Shown here: piece by piece, positions 36,372 to 49,932 of the stretch | Position numbering within the stretch: the stretch's first letter is position 1 | Layout of the letters: each line of letters begins with the position of its first letter | Translations under genes and position numbers: made by a program | The notes under the pieces: model-generated | Database searches by the model: none | Told to the model about the DNA's origin: nothing | What the model saw: the letters and a program-made list of their open reading frames with translations, nothing else | Assembly: GCA_905178155.1 (NCBI GenBank) | Contig: CAJINV010000001.1 | Span: forward strand, 10,197,432 to 10,261,431 | Source: Amoebophrya sp. A120 | Lineage: Eukaryota; Protista; Dinoflagellata | Length of the DNA: 64,000 nt | Direction: 5' to 3'

Positions 36372-38103
36372 ATGTCTGACAGCTGTACGACCTCTTCTAC
36401 CTTCTCGACGAGCGGACACCACACAGTTGGAACTTCGGCTGTCTCTGGCGGTGGGTCAGCCGTTACAGCGATAGTACCAAACACGAATACGATGAATGGT
36501 ACCTCCAACTACCAGCAACACAACATGTTCAGCACAAGTGTAGCACCAGCTGCAACGTCTTCGCCGCAACAGCTCTACAGCACGGTCCCGAGTGGAGCCG
36601 CGTCGCTGTTAAGCACCAGCGCGTTGAATACATCCGTGGGAGCGGGTGCTTCTGGTACTAGTCTTCAATCCTCGATGCAAGGTGGATGTGCTTACAATCC
36701 GCATGCTGGCGTCCTCGTGCAGCAACACCAGCAGGGATCAAACGGCCAACATCATCTCCAGCACCAGCACCCGCAGCAGTTTCTGAATGTGCATCACCAG
36801 CATGTGGCGGGCCTGCCCGACCCGGCCTCCGTCCAGAAGCAGAAGGAAACCTACATGAAGCTCTTGGACTCGCAGTTAGCCCAGGGTGTCCAGGCTCTCG
36901 ACGTTCAGCTCAAGCAGCAACGGGACGCGATCAACTCGCAAGCGGATCAGCAAAAAAAGGCCTTCAATATGCAAGTGGACATGGAGGTGCTAAATGTTCT
37001 ATAATTGGGCAAGGTTACTAGTGATAAAGAACAAGCAGAAGATTATGTAGTTACGCTACTATTATCAATTACTCACTTGCTTATGCTTCTTCTTGCCATG
37101 AGCAGGAGCTACACGCTTTGTTAGTCGGCGAATGAAGATCATGCCCTACTGCGCGACGTCTCCAAATCCAGGTTGACAGATCTAGATTGTTCGAACAAAT
37201 TTACGACACAAGGTAAAGGCTCAGGAAATGCACTTGCAGCAGCAGTACCAGGAGCAGCAATTGCAGCTGCAGCAGCAGGCGCAGCAGCAAAAGTCACAGC
37301 TAGAGCAGCAGGCAATGCAGTTGACCATGGATTTCCAACAAAAGAAGGCAGAAGAGGAAATGCAACGACAGCAGTATGAAATGGAGCGGCAGCAGCAGGA
37401 GCTGCAGATGAAGCTGCAAAATGAGTACACCAGTCATTTCATTGCTGTCTGTCTTGTCCGTTCCGCGGTACTAGCATTCCTTCAGACCTTTTCACAAGGC
37501 TTTAGGTCGATACAATGTGAAGATGGGAATCTGGGCAGTTGGGTAGCTGATTTTGTAATAGCGTGGCGGGCGACATCAAAATGACTGGAACTAAAGTCGT
37601 GTTGCCTAGGAGGCCTTCATGATTCAAGTTGAGTGTCTCTCTTTGAAAATGATTTTTTCAGATTCCACAGCATGCAAGCGCAGTTGACGTCTTCTCTCCC
37701 CGCGGCCTTTCAGTTCCACCAGGGTGTTGCGGAATCAGCTTTCAAACCAAATGGCCAACGTATCTAATTACGTTAGATGCTGAATTCCATAATTGGTGTA
37801 TTTTTCTGTTTTTAATTCGAAAGAAAGAGCACGGAGCATGTTCATATTGCCGCTAAACTTGGATCAGGGATTATTTTCACGTTGTGACACACGATGAAGA
37901 TCATGAACACTACTACAACAGCTTTTTTTCCCCAGCACCAGGCCGGTCTACACGCTTTGATGTCGGATGTGCACGGAAAAGATTTGAACATGACCGCTTC
38001 TACTGCTCATTCAGTCCGTACCGACACCGAAATTTACGTCTATGGACCGAACGGCGAACTCATCCCGAAATCCAAGCTGTCCGCGCCCTCTGGAGGGCAG
38101 TAA
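36372..38103 (+). CDS. Gln-rich coiled-coil hypothetical protein; exons 36372-36986, 37213-37424, 37662-37759, 37922-38103
   Basis: GT-AG joined frame GLPDPASVQKQKETYMKLLDSQL...VDME|VKAQEMHLQQQY...GGQ*. Confidence 0.7.
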
Positions 38104-39065
38104 GTCAAGCAGCGACGAATTATCAACATAATGTCACAGCCCTCTGAGTATTTAGCCAGTTTTTGTTTTGAAAAAAATGTTTCTCACGACAACTAAGATG
38201 AACCTAATCGACAGAAGTTAGTAACAGACCATCGTCCCAAGAATAAGAAAAAAATGTACCCAGTACAATTACAGAAACATATTCTATTGATTCAACAGTT
38301 CTTGAACTCAGTGCCTGTTTTTAACACTGGAGGAAAACAGAAACTTTTGCTTTCTCTAAAGGATGGCATCGGATTCTATTCCAACACGACACCTACTAGC
38401 GACACACCAATAGAACTCTCGGTTCCTTTAATGCACAAGTACTTTCGTCGCCTATTTTGTTGACTTAGAAATTTCATGGGACCAGGTACCAAATTGGTTG
38501 GCTCGCGTGCTGAATGGAGGCGATTTCGTACCTCGCGGCAAAGAAGAAATGTTCACCTGGTAAATCTACCCTGCTAGCTTGTTGTCCATAGTTGACTAAG
38601 TGGCTTTATGTTGGAGGGAATAGAAAGAATTTGTCGGTGTCCTCTTCGATCTTGATGGCTGCAGCCCCTGCATGCATGTTACATTTTCCGGCAACTTCCG
38701 CGAGTTGTTTGCAAGAACCTTTCCTCCGCGTAACTCTTCGGAAATCTTCTACTTCTTCTGGATTAGTAGCTTAGTTATTGTTTCCATGTTGAAAAGGAAA
38801 AGATAAGATGTGCAGCTCTGTTCGTTAAGTTTAAGCTTGCAACTTTCACCCGGTGCCCGGAGTGAAAGTCTAAACGACTCGTCGCATGCGAGGGGCCCGC
38901 ATTAAAACCTCGTCGATTGGCCGCCATAACATGATCCGGTGCCAGACGCTACTACACGAGCAGCAGTAGTGCCCGAGCAGTCAAGGACCTGCAGTTTGAG
39001 GTCCTCTGCTCTCGGAAGATCGTAGTACGTCGATGGGCTTTACGTCGAACGGCTCGGCAGGTGGG

Positions 39066-41120
39066 ATGGAGCCAATGAGCATTGTAAACAGCACCGACGG
39101 GCCGACGCGGGCGCAGAAGCTCGCGGCGGGATGCTACACTGTAGGGCTCGTGCTCACCACGTTCTGCATTTCCATTGCCCTCCTGAACATCACAAAGTAT
39201 ACAGTTTAAGTTTTATAAATCAAAGCATACTGATCAAGGCTTAGCGTCATCTGACACCACCGGAAAATCCAGAGTTGCAGACCTCCAGAAGTAGAACCTA
39301 CAGGAGCTGTAGAGTATATCTATGTCAACCTGGGCAGAAGTTGCGGATTTAGATAAATTCGAATGCAGCAAACCTTACTCACGGCAGGTGGATATATGTG
39401 GTTTACTCCTTCAAGTATCCACTCTGGATGACGTGCACGCACATGATCGCGAGTTACCTCATGGCTTCATTGATGATTTTCGGCTTCGATATGGTGCCCG
39501 TACGGAGAAGGCTTACTTTCCGAGAACAGGTTTTCGTTGTGGCGCCATTCAGGTATCTGATAGTGTTAATAGTGCTGGTTGAGGAGCACGACCCAGTCGG
39601 AACATGTGCTGACAAGTATAGTAAAATGAACCGCAGTCACGGTCACCGCCGCGAATGATTCGGGTCTTGTTTCTTTTTTTCAGCGCACGAGTAAATTAAT
39701 ATACAACTTTTCACATGTTGACAGTATACTTGGTGCCGCGTCAATAGCCTGCGGCAACGCGGCGCTAGTGTTTCTCTACCCCTCGTTTCACGAGATGCTG
39801 CAGAATACAACGCCGTTCTGGACGGTGGTCTGCTCCATGATATTTGCCGGCAAGCGGTACAACGTGGCGGCGTACTTCGCACTCATTCCGGTCACTTTTG
39901 GCGGCAGTCTGTGTGCCTGGGGGGAGCCCAGTAAGTTCGCCATTTTCGGGCTGGTGGTCTCCATGGGGGCCGCGATTTTTCGTGCCCTGCGAGCAATCGT
40001 CCAAGCCAACATCATGCGGGGCCAGGATCCCATAGACAGCATAACGCTGCTGTTCTACGCAGCACCATTCAACACACTGCTCTTCCTGGTATAATTCAAG
40101 GTTTTTTATTGGGCACACGCACACTCAACAGGTGTCATTTACTAGAGTGGAGAAATTGTATATTGTGTCTGCAAGTGCCGATAAGCATAACTAAAACTTT
40201 GACGTCAATGTTGTGCCGAAGATAGAAGAAGAAGTTGAAGCATTTGTTCCCCAAAGAAATCAACGAATCACAGGGCGGCTCGCTCGCGATAGAAGGAAGT
40301 GGGCCTTGGATAGATATATTCGAGGTGCCATTCAGCGGCTTGCTTTGGATTGCGAGCGCCGCAAGTTGCGCCGCGTGCTATAACGTACCGATTTCTGATT
40401 TTCATTCCATCTTCATTTCGCATGATGATAAAACACGAACCTGCAGCAATCATAACGACTGCCATTGGAAGATGAAAAAGTATTGCCTGAATAAAAAACG
40501 GGATGATGGTGTTGTAGTATGCTCGCAAAAATAAATTCAAACGTTTCAGCTTTTCGCCTTCCTCCTGGTGGGGCACCTCGGCGCCGTGGGCTCCATGGTC
40601 ATGGGGAACCTCAAAACACCGACAATAATCGTCTCAAGCACGATAATATTTGGTAAGGTTGTTCTGGTGTCTTTGTCTATTTGTTTGATTTGTTTGATAG
40701 AATGCGATTTTATGCATAGTGGAAAAATCCATCCTTGTTAAATGTGATTTGCTGGTTATTTGGGCTCATCTTCTTCGTCTTCCGCAAGAAGGGGCACCAG
40801 AACGAAGCATGACAAGTTCAAGTTCTGCTTTTTCATGATTGCACTACAAGTCGATTTGGTGTTGGTCGCATTGTGTTGCAGGTAACCTGATCACTCCCGT
40901 CCAAGTTTTGGGGTTTCTCGTCGCAATGACGGGTGCGTACTTGTACAACACCTACGGACAGGAAAGCCAAAGCGCTGCCGCGGAGAAGATAAAATATACC
41001 GTGCCCACGGCCAGCACGACCGTGGGCAGCGGTTCCGCGGGAGAATTCGGGTTGGACGACGAGGACGAACTCACCAGCGAGTTCGAGCCAACGATGCAGA
41101 AGGCCCGAGGGCGGCCGTGA
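39066..41120 (+). CDS. Triose-phosphate/nucleotide-sugar transporter (TPT/SLC35E, DMT superfamily); exons 39066-39196, 39388-39552, 39725-40088, 40274-40384, 40550-40652, 40882-41120
   Basis: NITKWIY...FKYPLWMTCTHM, GNAALVFLYPSF...TTPFW, DSITLLFYAAP and MGNLKT motifs; ~10 hydrophobic segments; GT-AG introns. Confidence 0.85.
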
Positions 41121-42195
41121 CATGTTCTTCGGTTGGCAGGTCAGAGTTGTAGATCTCCGCGGAGACCACAGCGCATCAAATCAAATTTCTCAACAACTCC
41201 TGGCCTCTAGCTGGTGGGTGGACGCATGATATACATAGAAATAGCCATGAATATACAAATACATGTTGCAGATGCAGAATGTTGCGGCTTCACCTTCGCT
41301 TCCTGCAAGAGGAGCAGCGGTGACCGCGGCCTGAAGCGGCGCAAGATACTCTCGTCAATAGTAATGGTGTTCTCAGCCATTTTGGTGCCGAGATGCGACT
41401 CCAGATCGTCATCGTAAATGCGAAGGCTCTGCTGGCTGACGGCGTGAATCAATATCAATCCTAATCAAGTTTTTATGATCTTCTACATCTAGTAACGTGA
41501 TCGATGCTGATGTTGGATGTGCGTGTTGGTGAGCACTGTGTTGGTCTTTCTCGTTCTGCATTTGTCGGAAGTAAGATCCTCATCGATCTTTGTGGTTCCT
41601 GGTTTCAGAATCAGAGCAAGGATAGATCACAATTTTTGATTTGATCGTGCATTTCTCGGCGGGCTCTTTTGTTTCTGTCATTCTTGGCCTACTTGTGTCG
41701 GTCCTGCTGCTGGTGTGGTAAAAGTAAGGATTTTCGAAACTGAAAAGAGGACCCATCAAAAGCAAAGTGAATGTGTACACAATCGGACCGAGGATGACCT
41801 TGAAGAAAAGTATTCCACCTCTCTTTTCTAGACTATGAAAATATTTACGCAATTGCATTATACATGGGCAGCCCCAAGGCCCGGATGGGGATGCCCATGA
41901 GTCGTCGCTGTTTAGCGCCCAAAAATGATCAAAATCAAGGAATTGTTATTGTATGGGTGCTTTGCGGGATATGAAGAAGAGTACGAGCGCGAAGATGCAC
42001 CAGGAATCATGGTCATTATGCCGGTTGCGGCCAGCATTGGTATGCGACCATGTCTCCCCCCGAGTCGCAAGGCGTCGAATGGCGCCTTCGAGGACGTCCA
42101 ATATCCGCCGTACATCCGCCAGAGGATTATATGACGAGACCACGAGAACGAGGAGCTGGAGCAGACGGCCACGACAACACAACAGACGAGAAAGA

Positions 42196-45100
42196 ATGCT
42201 GTGGGCAGCAGCAGCAATCGCGAGCGCAATGGCGGCGTCGGGAGGGCTACAGCATCTTCACCTTGTAGAAGCGACGCGGGTGACGAAGCGGTCCGCGGAG
42301 AGCGACTATGCGCAAGAGACGATGAAGTATCTGAACAAAAACTGCAAGTACCACTCCCCTCCGACGGACTTGTCGCTGCTGTCCCACACCAATGCGGACG
42401 GGGAAACGCAGGTCTCGGACGTCTACGGGTTTGCGCGAAACCGCGAGCACAGGCTGAAACTGCGTCTCACCGACCTAGCCGTCCTCACCGCGAGCGTGGA
42501 GGGCCACAGCAGCGCAAGCAGCGGCACGGAGGTTGTGGAGATCAAAGTTTTGTCCCGGGGCTCCCCGGTGCTGACCGGCAGCCGCGTGCTGGGCTTCGCG
42601 GGGCACCGGACGAGACGCATATTGCAGGCACGACTGTCAGCGGGGGAGGAATACGAAATTGCGGTTCATGTCGGGCAATTTGAAGACTTGATGGACGGCG
42701 CCGAGTGCATTCCGGCCAGGCTGGATCTCCACGTCGTCCCGGTTTCGCGGGCGGCCTTCGCGTGGCCGACCTCCTGCCCAAAGAACAGCTTAGAACCGCC
42801 AAGCGGTGCTCTGGCGGGCGCGAGTGACCCCGCTGCGTCTGCAAGCAGTGGCGCCCTTGGATCGTCCCTGTCGAAGTGGATTGCGGGGTCCTCCTCGGAG
42901 CCAGAGTTCACGCTGAGCGACACGGTCCCGTTCGCATTGGACTCGCGGACCGGTCAAACGGTCAAAACAGGGGACGACCCTAATTTACCCTCTCCCTACG
43001 TGTATCAGGCGTCAACAGGATCCTCGACGAGCACCTCAGAGACAGCGGACTTCACGCAGAAGATCTGGTCAGTGGTCATGAACGTTCCCCAGAGGCTGCA
43101 TCGGTTCGCAAGGTTCTACTACAAAGCCAGTTTTCGTTTTGCGGCACTACCCATGGCCTTGATACTGGAACAGTACCCGCAAGACGACAGCAGTAGTACA
43201 AGTAGCAGTGGCAGTCTTCCAACAGCTCTTCCGAACTGCGACCAGGGGAGTCATCGGTGTTACGCAGGCGTATTTCTGTCGTGCTGTTGACGCATTTAAG
43301 TAGTGCTCTCGCTGTATCTTTTTTGATGTTTCCGCGAGCCGTACTTATGTCACGCGGTGACACTGTTCCTGTACCTGTTGCTGTTGTTGATAAAAGATTT
43401 TAATATGATTATGTGCGAAGAACATCAACATTTATTCGCACCCACAGGCAAGCATCGGCAACGGGCAAGTTCTGGACCACGCAGTCCCGACGGGCTTCAA
43501 GTACAAAGTGTGGCTGCTCGCACTGGATACCATGGCGAAGGTTTGGGACGCTAGTACCGCGCCGCAGCCTTGTTTGGAGTATGACTTGGACTACAAAGTC
43601 AGCTACGAAAAGAAGCTAACGCCCTTCGAACTCGGCCCCGCGTCGTGGCTGTGCAACGCGGCGACCCTGCCGGCTGCGATCTTTCAGGACGCGAAGCCGC
43701 GGGACCTCGCCAACAGTGACAAGCCAGTGAATTCGTTGCTAAAGAGAAATAACGCGGATGGGGCTGCTAGTGGTAAGAAGAACACCTCCTCCGCGATTGA
43801 CATCTTAACAAAGAACGCTGTCACCGTGGAAGGCAGATCAATCCACTTGCGTGACCACTACTCCTTTCCTCTCGCCGAGGCCGAGCGCATGGAACACAAC
43901 ATGATCCTTGTCATCGGAGAGGAGTCTCTTTTTCGGGCGGCCATTTACCAAACGACACCAGACATAACGGTTAGGATGAAGGTGCTCGCCGGCGATCTGG
44001 CCGCGGAGGGGCAAAGGACAGCCGGGACTGCCTCGGAGTTGCAGGAATATTGCGCGCCACACAGAAACGAAGGACTTGCCGAAAGGCAGTCGGTTTTTTG
44101 CCGATTAGATCCCGGGAAGTACGTTTTACGGCTCACCTCGGAGTACACACTCGGCGGTGTCCACCCCTGCCAGTATTTCCAGTTTCAGCTGGCTATTCGC
44201 CCTTTGTCGCTGATCCCAACTGCGAGAACGGCAAACGAATGCAGCAGTGGCCTGCAGGCCCCGTTGCAGCCGCTAGAGCAGATGGAAGTGCTGGATTCGC
44301 CGTTGGTAAAGTGGCGCGCAACCCAGTTCCCGCTGGTTTTTCGAAACAGCGACGCGAAGTCGGAAAGGGAGAGCGCAAGGAAAGACAAAGCTGACGGGTT
44401 GCAGGTGATTTGGGAGAGAACTCTGCAAGTTTCGGACGACGAGGTTCACCAAAAGGTGTTCCTGAAGCTGGGCGTCAACAGCGATTTTTTGACCGCGGAC
44501 GCCCGGTTTAGCTTAGCGATAAACGACGAGGAGCTTGTGGAGCCGGTGCTCGTCTCCTCCGGATACAGTAACTTGATAGAGCTCGAAAGGACGGGAAAGT
44601 ACCGGCTTCGACTCTATTTTCTAACCGGGTCAACCTCGTCCGCCAACCGCGCCGGCTGGATCTCGTCTGGCGCGCCTCCGCCGATTTTGTGCCCCAAATT
44701 CCAGGTGGACTTCCGGGTTTTACACCGAGACGCGCTGAAAGACTACAAAAACAAGAACGCCATGGACGCCGTGGCCAACCCGTATGGATCGGGGAGCGAT
44801 GTGAACCACGAATTTGAAAATACCGCCAAAGACCCCATGTCAAACACCTTTTCCATGACGAAGGAAACGCTCAGCAGCCCGCACGCCCTTTGGCTGTGCA
44901 AGGTACAGTGACCACTTCTTGCGCCTAGCTTTTTTCTCTTGTCGAATGTGTGTCTTTATGTTTTCCCACGACCTCGGCGCGACGGATTGTTTGTGGAATT
45001 GCCTTGTGTAGTGTTCCTGGTCGTGTCTGTGTCACAATCCAGATCCACACTCAGCACAAAAAATGCATAAAAGGTTGGTCTCCCGTCTCTGCCCTCCAAG

Positions 45101-48100
45101 ATAACGGCTCACATGGGAGAGCCCATCGTTTTGGACAGCCTTTTCATCCTGCCCTTCACTGGGCTGCTCTCGACCGTGATCTATGTTCCAGAAGAGTTCC
45201 TGCTCAAAGTGCAAGTACGGGACTACGACGCGGGCATCGAATTTTCCGTCAAGCCCTACAACCCAGTGAACAATAACAAGGAGAAAGGGTGGAGCAGCAG
45301 CACTCCACAAACGGGCACGACTGCAAAGGACAGCAACGGCCCGGGGGTGTACCAAATCAGCGAGCAAAGCGAAAACTGGTTTCTCGCGGTTTTGTCACCA
45401 CAGAACCCGAACAACGCGAACCGTGAGGTGAGCGACGACAACAAGCCAAACGAGGTAAAGGTCCTCGGTTTTGAACTGACGCTGAAGGTGAAGAAGACCG
45501 GCGTCGGGAAGAAAAAGCACGAGAAGTGTCCGAAACTGCGGGTCAACCTCGTTCTGCAGCCGTTTTCCGCGACGCCCGAGTGCCCCCGAAACGGTGGGGC
45601 ACGGGCGAAGGATTTCCACGGTCTGGTTCCAGCGGAGCTGCAGAAGATGGATCACACCGGGCTCACGACGATGAGCGACGTGGACGAGGACCTGGTGGAT
45701 AGTGAGGCAGCGCACGACGCGGTGAATCTGTTGCAAAAAGCCGAGGGTCCGATGGTGGATCCCAACGCACTGACGGTTAGCAAGTCTTTCTGGATGGACG
45801 CAGTGCACGACTTTGCGGAGCGGTTCCGCGCCGGGTCGGAGGCGAGTATTCGAGTGGAAGCGGTCGTCACCCCCCCGTGGCTGCCGTTGAAGCTGAATCT
45901 TTGGAGAATACGCGGCAATGGGGAGAGGGAGAAAGCGCCGCTGGGGAAGGGCGTTCTTCACGAACAGAGGCTGCTGCTGCTGAAGGACGGGCTCGAAAAA
46001 GGGGAGTACGAGCTGGAGATTGCGACGATGCAGAGTCGCAACAAGGAGATGGCGACCAGCATCTGTGCCCACGTCGCGTTCAACGTGCTCGCGGTTTTGA
46101 AAAACGACGAAGACCGGGAACAGTTGAGGACGGAGTTGGTCGATGTGCCAGACTTATTCGCAGTGGTCCCCTTCCCGCGGCACTTCAACCAAATCGGGTT
46201 GTACGACAAGCGAAAACCGACGGTCACCGTCGGGATTTACAGCTTCACCACGGACAACGACATTGGTTCAACACTGAAGATCGCCGGAACAACAACTACT
46301 GGGCCCGCACCAGCTCAGAAGGACGAGTACGGTTTTTTTTTCGTGACGGAACCAACCTACCTCCGCGTTGCGGGGGAGCCGGCGGACTTGGTGCAAACGA
46401 AAGCGACGCTGGCTGTGCTGGACGGGAAGAAAAACGTGGTTGCGGACGTTCAGGACAATCTTTTTGACCATTTGGTTTTACTGCCGAACGCGGGGAATTA
46501 TCAAATCATGATGACCGCCGCGGTCGCGTACCAGTTGACCTTTGCATTCGCAGGGAAGAAGATTGCGGACGATATGGCCGTGGGTCAGCATTCAAGTGAG
46601 AGTTGCCCGGCGATGGGCCCTGGAAGTAGCGGCATCCTTCCGGTGGATAATCTCCAGGGCGGAGGCGGGATGAGCACAGCTAGTACAATGGCGAGCAAGG
46701 ATTCCTGGGCCTTGGTACTCCCGCGCCAGTACTTCAGGCAAACCTTCGCGAGCAAGGTGGTAGCGGACATGAAACTGAAGATCGGCGTTTCCAGCTTGCT
46801 GCACATGGAGATTGGCGGCAACTTTCTGATCGACCACGCCGCCTTCGCCGTGGAAATCCCGGAGGGCTCGATGATGAGCGAGCACCGGGGCTACAGCAGC
46901 CGCTTGGAGCTGGAGCTGGACCCGGGCGAGTACAAAGTGCAACTGCTGCAGAAGATCCCGTCCGGAAGAGGCAACGCGGTGAGGCCGCCCGAGCACTGCG
47001 CCGAGTTCTCTGCCAACATGTGGCTGGTGCCCTTGAAGGAGTACGACGGAGGCAGTCCCGCGGTTCTAACAAGTGCATCTTCGTCTCGGACGAAAGGGGA
47101 CTCGACCTCCGCGGAGCTGGATATCGCGGCCGTGGAGGACGACGACTGTGAGGATCCGCAAGCGGTTCCGCTCCCGTTCGACCTTGGCCCGGGCGGCGGG
47201 TCGGAGAGCATCGGGGGGCCGATAAACACAAACACGGCCCAGTTGCTGATCCGGTCCAGGGTGGTAGTGACCGACCTGCACGACGGCCGGAAAAAAGTCT
47301 TTCTGCCCGCCCCGACGGGGAATGCCGAGAACCGGCGGATTTTGATCAAAATCGAGGTGCAACACCTGAAGCGGGAAGATCGAGACGCCATCGAGTTTGC
47401 GGTGTCCGAGCCAAAACAGGGAAGTAGCGGCAAGGAGTACCGGCCGCAGAACCACGTCGAACCGTTGGAGCTTTTAACCACCACCGCAGGGTGGGCGGCG
47501 TACTACAGCATGGACACGCAGCGCGTGACCGGGTATTGGCTCACGTTTCACCACACAAAACAGTCCTCTGCCGGGACGAACGCAAATCGCGGGTGCATGC
47601 TGTTTGACTTTGCGCTGGAAACCAGGCCAGAGCAGGACCTTCCACTGCTGACGCAGTGCCAGTTTGACAGCGTCGGCGTGCGGGATGTGTTCCCGCAATT
47701 CCCACCCGCACTAAATTTGCCGTTCAAACACGAGACAGGCTTCAAGTCTGTGCGCGAAGCCGCTGAAGACCGCGTTCTGGTGCAGGGCAGTTTCACTCTG
47801 AAGGAGCCGGCCTGGTTCAGCTACGAGGTTCGTTCCAGTTTCGTCATCTCGCACATGCAACTGCTGGTGCACGATAAAAACGGGGAGGTAAATACAGCTG
47901 ACTCAATGATGTGAAAGAACAATGATATGAACCTCGCATGATGGAATAAAAGCGCGACTATGAATATCGCTGGTAAGGTTTAGAATGCGATGACAAAGAC
48001 AAACTTATTTTCGTTTTCTTCCGCCCTCCTAGGAATGTGGTCAGCGTCGATCTCGATGGGTGTAGGTTAGGGTCTAAGTCTAACGTCAGCATTAGATGGA

Positions 48101-49932
48101 TATGCACGACAATGCTCACATCAGCTTGCTGACGGCGACTTGATGTGGAGCGGGCAGCCCGGGGACGCGTTGACGGTGAAGAAGTGGCTGGGCATCTTGC
48201 TTGACGCGGGCACTTACATGATGGAGTTTCGCGACGAGCTCTGGGATCGGCTTTCGCCAGCCAAGCAGTGGATCCGAACGAACGAAGTGTGCGTCCCGAT
48301 TAGCGTTAGCGTTTTCCTCGTTGGGCTGCAGAACCAACCGAGCATCTTGTCCGTCCTGCCCATGGCCGACTATCCCCTTTGCGCGACGTGCAACGAGATC
48401 CAAGTGCGGTTGCAGTTTTCCCAGCCCATCGGGAATGTGGAGAACTACTTGGCGTCGCAAAGTCCCCCCTTGACGCTAAACGGCGTGCCTCCCAAGCGAC
48501 TGTCCGGGGATGCCGGGAATGTTTGGAGTCTCGAGGCGGAGGACGACGGCCTGGCTTGGGTCGTGACTTTTGCGAACTTGAACATTGCTTCTGCTGGTTC
48601 GTCGGGTGGGAGTAGTAGTAAAATGTCGCTAGCGTTCGGCCCTACCACGGCGAATTTGTTCCGTCGTGTCGTCGTGTGGGAAAATAACGGCCAGCTTCCC
48701 ACGTACTCCGTGGCGCCCAAGACTTGGACAGCGCCGCTTTGGGTGGCGGGGAGAAATACTGGCGCAGTCGTTCCATCATCCTCTTCCGGCGTTGGTACCG
48801 CAACAGTCGCGCCGCTGGGAGGTACGACAACAAGCAATAACCAACCACAACCACCTGGAGCGACATCTTCACCTTTTTCAAGTAGTAACAGCCGCCGTGG
48901 TAGTCCTGCGCAAGAGAGCACCACGCCTAGTCGGCCAGGGGGCTGGAACGCCGATGGCAGCATTGCAGGAGGAGCACCAACAACTTCTGATGCTGTAAAT
49001 CTTCAGCAAGGTGCGTTTTCATCTACATCTACTTCCGCGCAAGGGGTCAGAAGCAGAAGTTCCAGTGCTGACCCGTTTGCCGCAGGAAACAGCAAAGCAC
49101 GGGGTCGGGGTAATTCCAACTCAGATCCATTTGCGGCAAGGAGCAGTAACGACCTCATAGGTGGATGGGGCGAGCCGCAGCAAACTCCAAGCCCGGAGCT
49201 GGTCGGCGGGTGGGGCCAACCGCAGCAAGCTGATGGTGAGTAGAAATATTTGTGTTACAAGTGCAGTAAATGTCTTTGCGCTTCATTTTTGCATTAGCTA
49301 CATTTCGTTTTCGATGCGTTGGTGGACGTCTATTGGGCCTATCACGTGCGGCTTTTTGAAACTAGAGATAGGAGGAAAGCATCTTCATGTTCGTTTCTGC
49401 TCGAAAATAGATTTTACGACTCACGCCAGGCTCCACCCGGCAAGGAGGTCCCGGAAAATATCTTCCGCCCGCGTGGGACGTCGATGGTGCTCAACGAAGG
49501 CAAGCCGCCACAGAACGCCCCGATCCCTTTGCCGCGTCCGGTAGTGGTCGAACTGTGCCGCAAGATGACAGTGCCTCAACGCACAACCAGCAGACAACCT
49601 CGGGCACAGACACGACCTCTCCTGCGACGAAGACGCTCGCCCAGCAAAAAATAGACTGCGATAGCGCCTGGTTTTACACCTGGGATGGGGCAAGTGCGCA
49701 GTGTGAGTTTCTCCTTGCGCCCTCCGTCGCGACCATTGGCGTATATTTGCAACTCGCCGTGGTGGTGGTGTTGTGCGTGTACTGCTGCTCCTTCGGGAGT
49801 TACTTGAAGAAATGGCGGCTGGTGGTGCTGCAACGCGGAGGCCGTGGGCGAAAAGACGCAGAGGACTTCGGGGAGGATTTCAGCATGGGACTGGAAGTCG
49901 AAGATCAAGCGGAAATGGAGGAATTTTTATAG
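42196..49932 (+). CDS. Large type I membrane protein ~2318 aa with repeated extracellular modules; exons 42196-43269, 43448-44902, 45074-47887, 48125-49235, 49430-49932
   Basis: Hydrophobic N-terminus MLWAAAAIASAMAAS; four GT-AG introns join five ORFs in frame; S/T/G-rich stalk; single TM IGVYLQLAVVVVLCVYCC; short acidic tail. Confidence 0.75.

Noticed and set aside
37760-37936. Apparent GT...GC non-canonical intron in the Gln-rich gene
   Set aside because: An upstream AG at 37920-37921 gives a normal in-frame GT-AG intron, and no TIR is present.
41375-41385. AGCCATTTTGG (and CCATTTTGGC at 50617-50626) resembling part of the dinoflagellate spliced leader
   Set aside because: Only 10-11 nt of match, and 600-800 bp from the start codons; not enough to call a relic SL.
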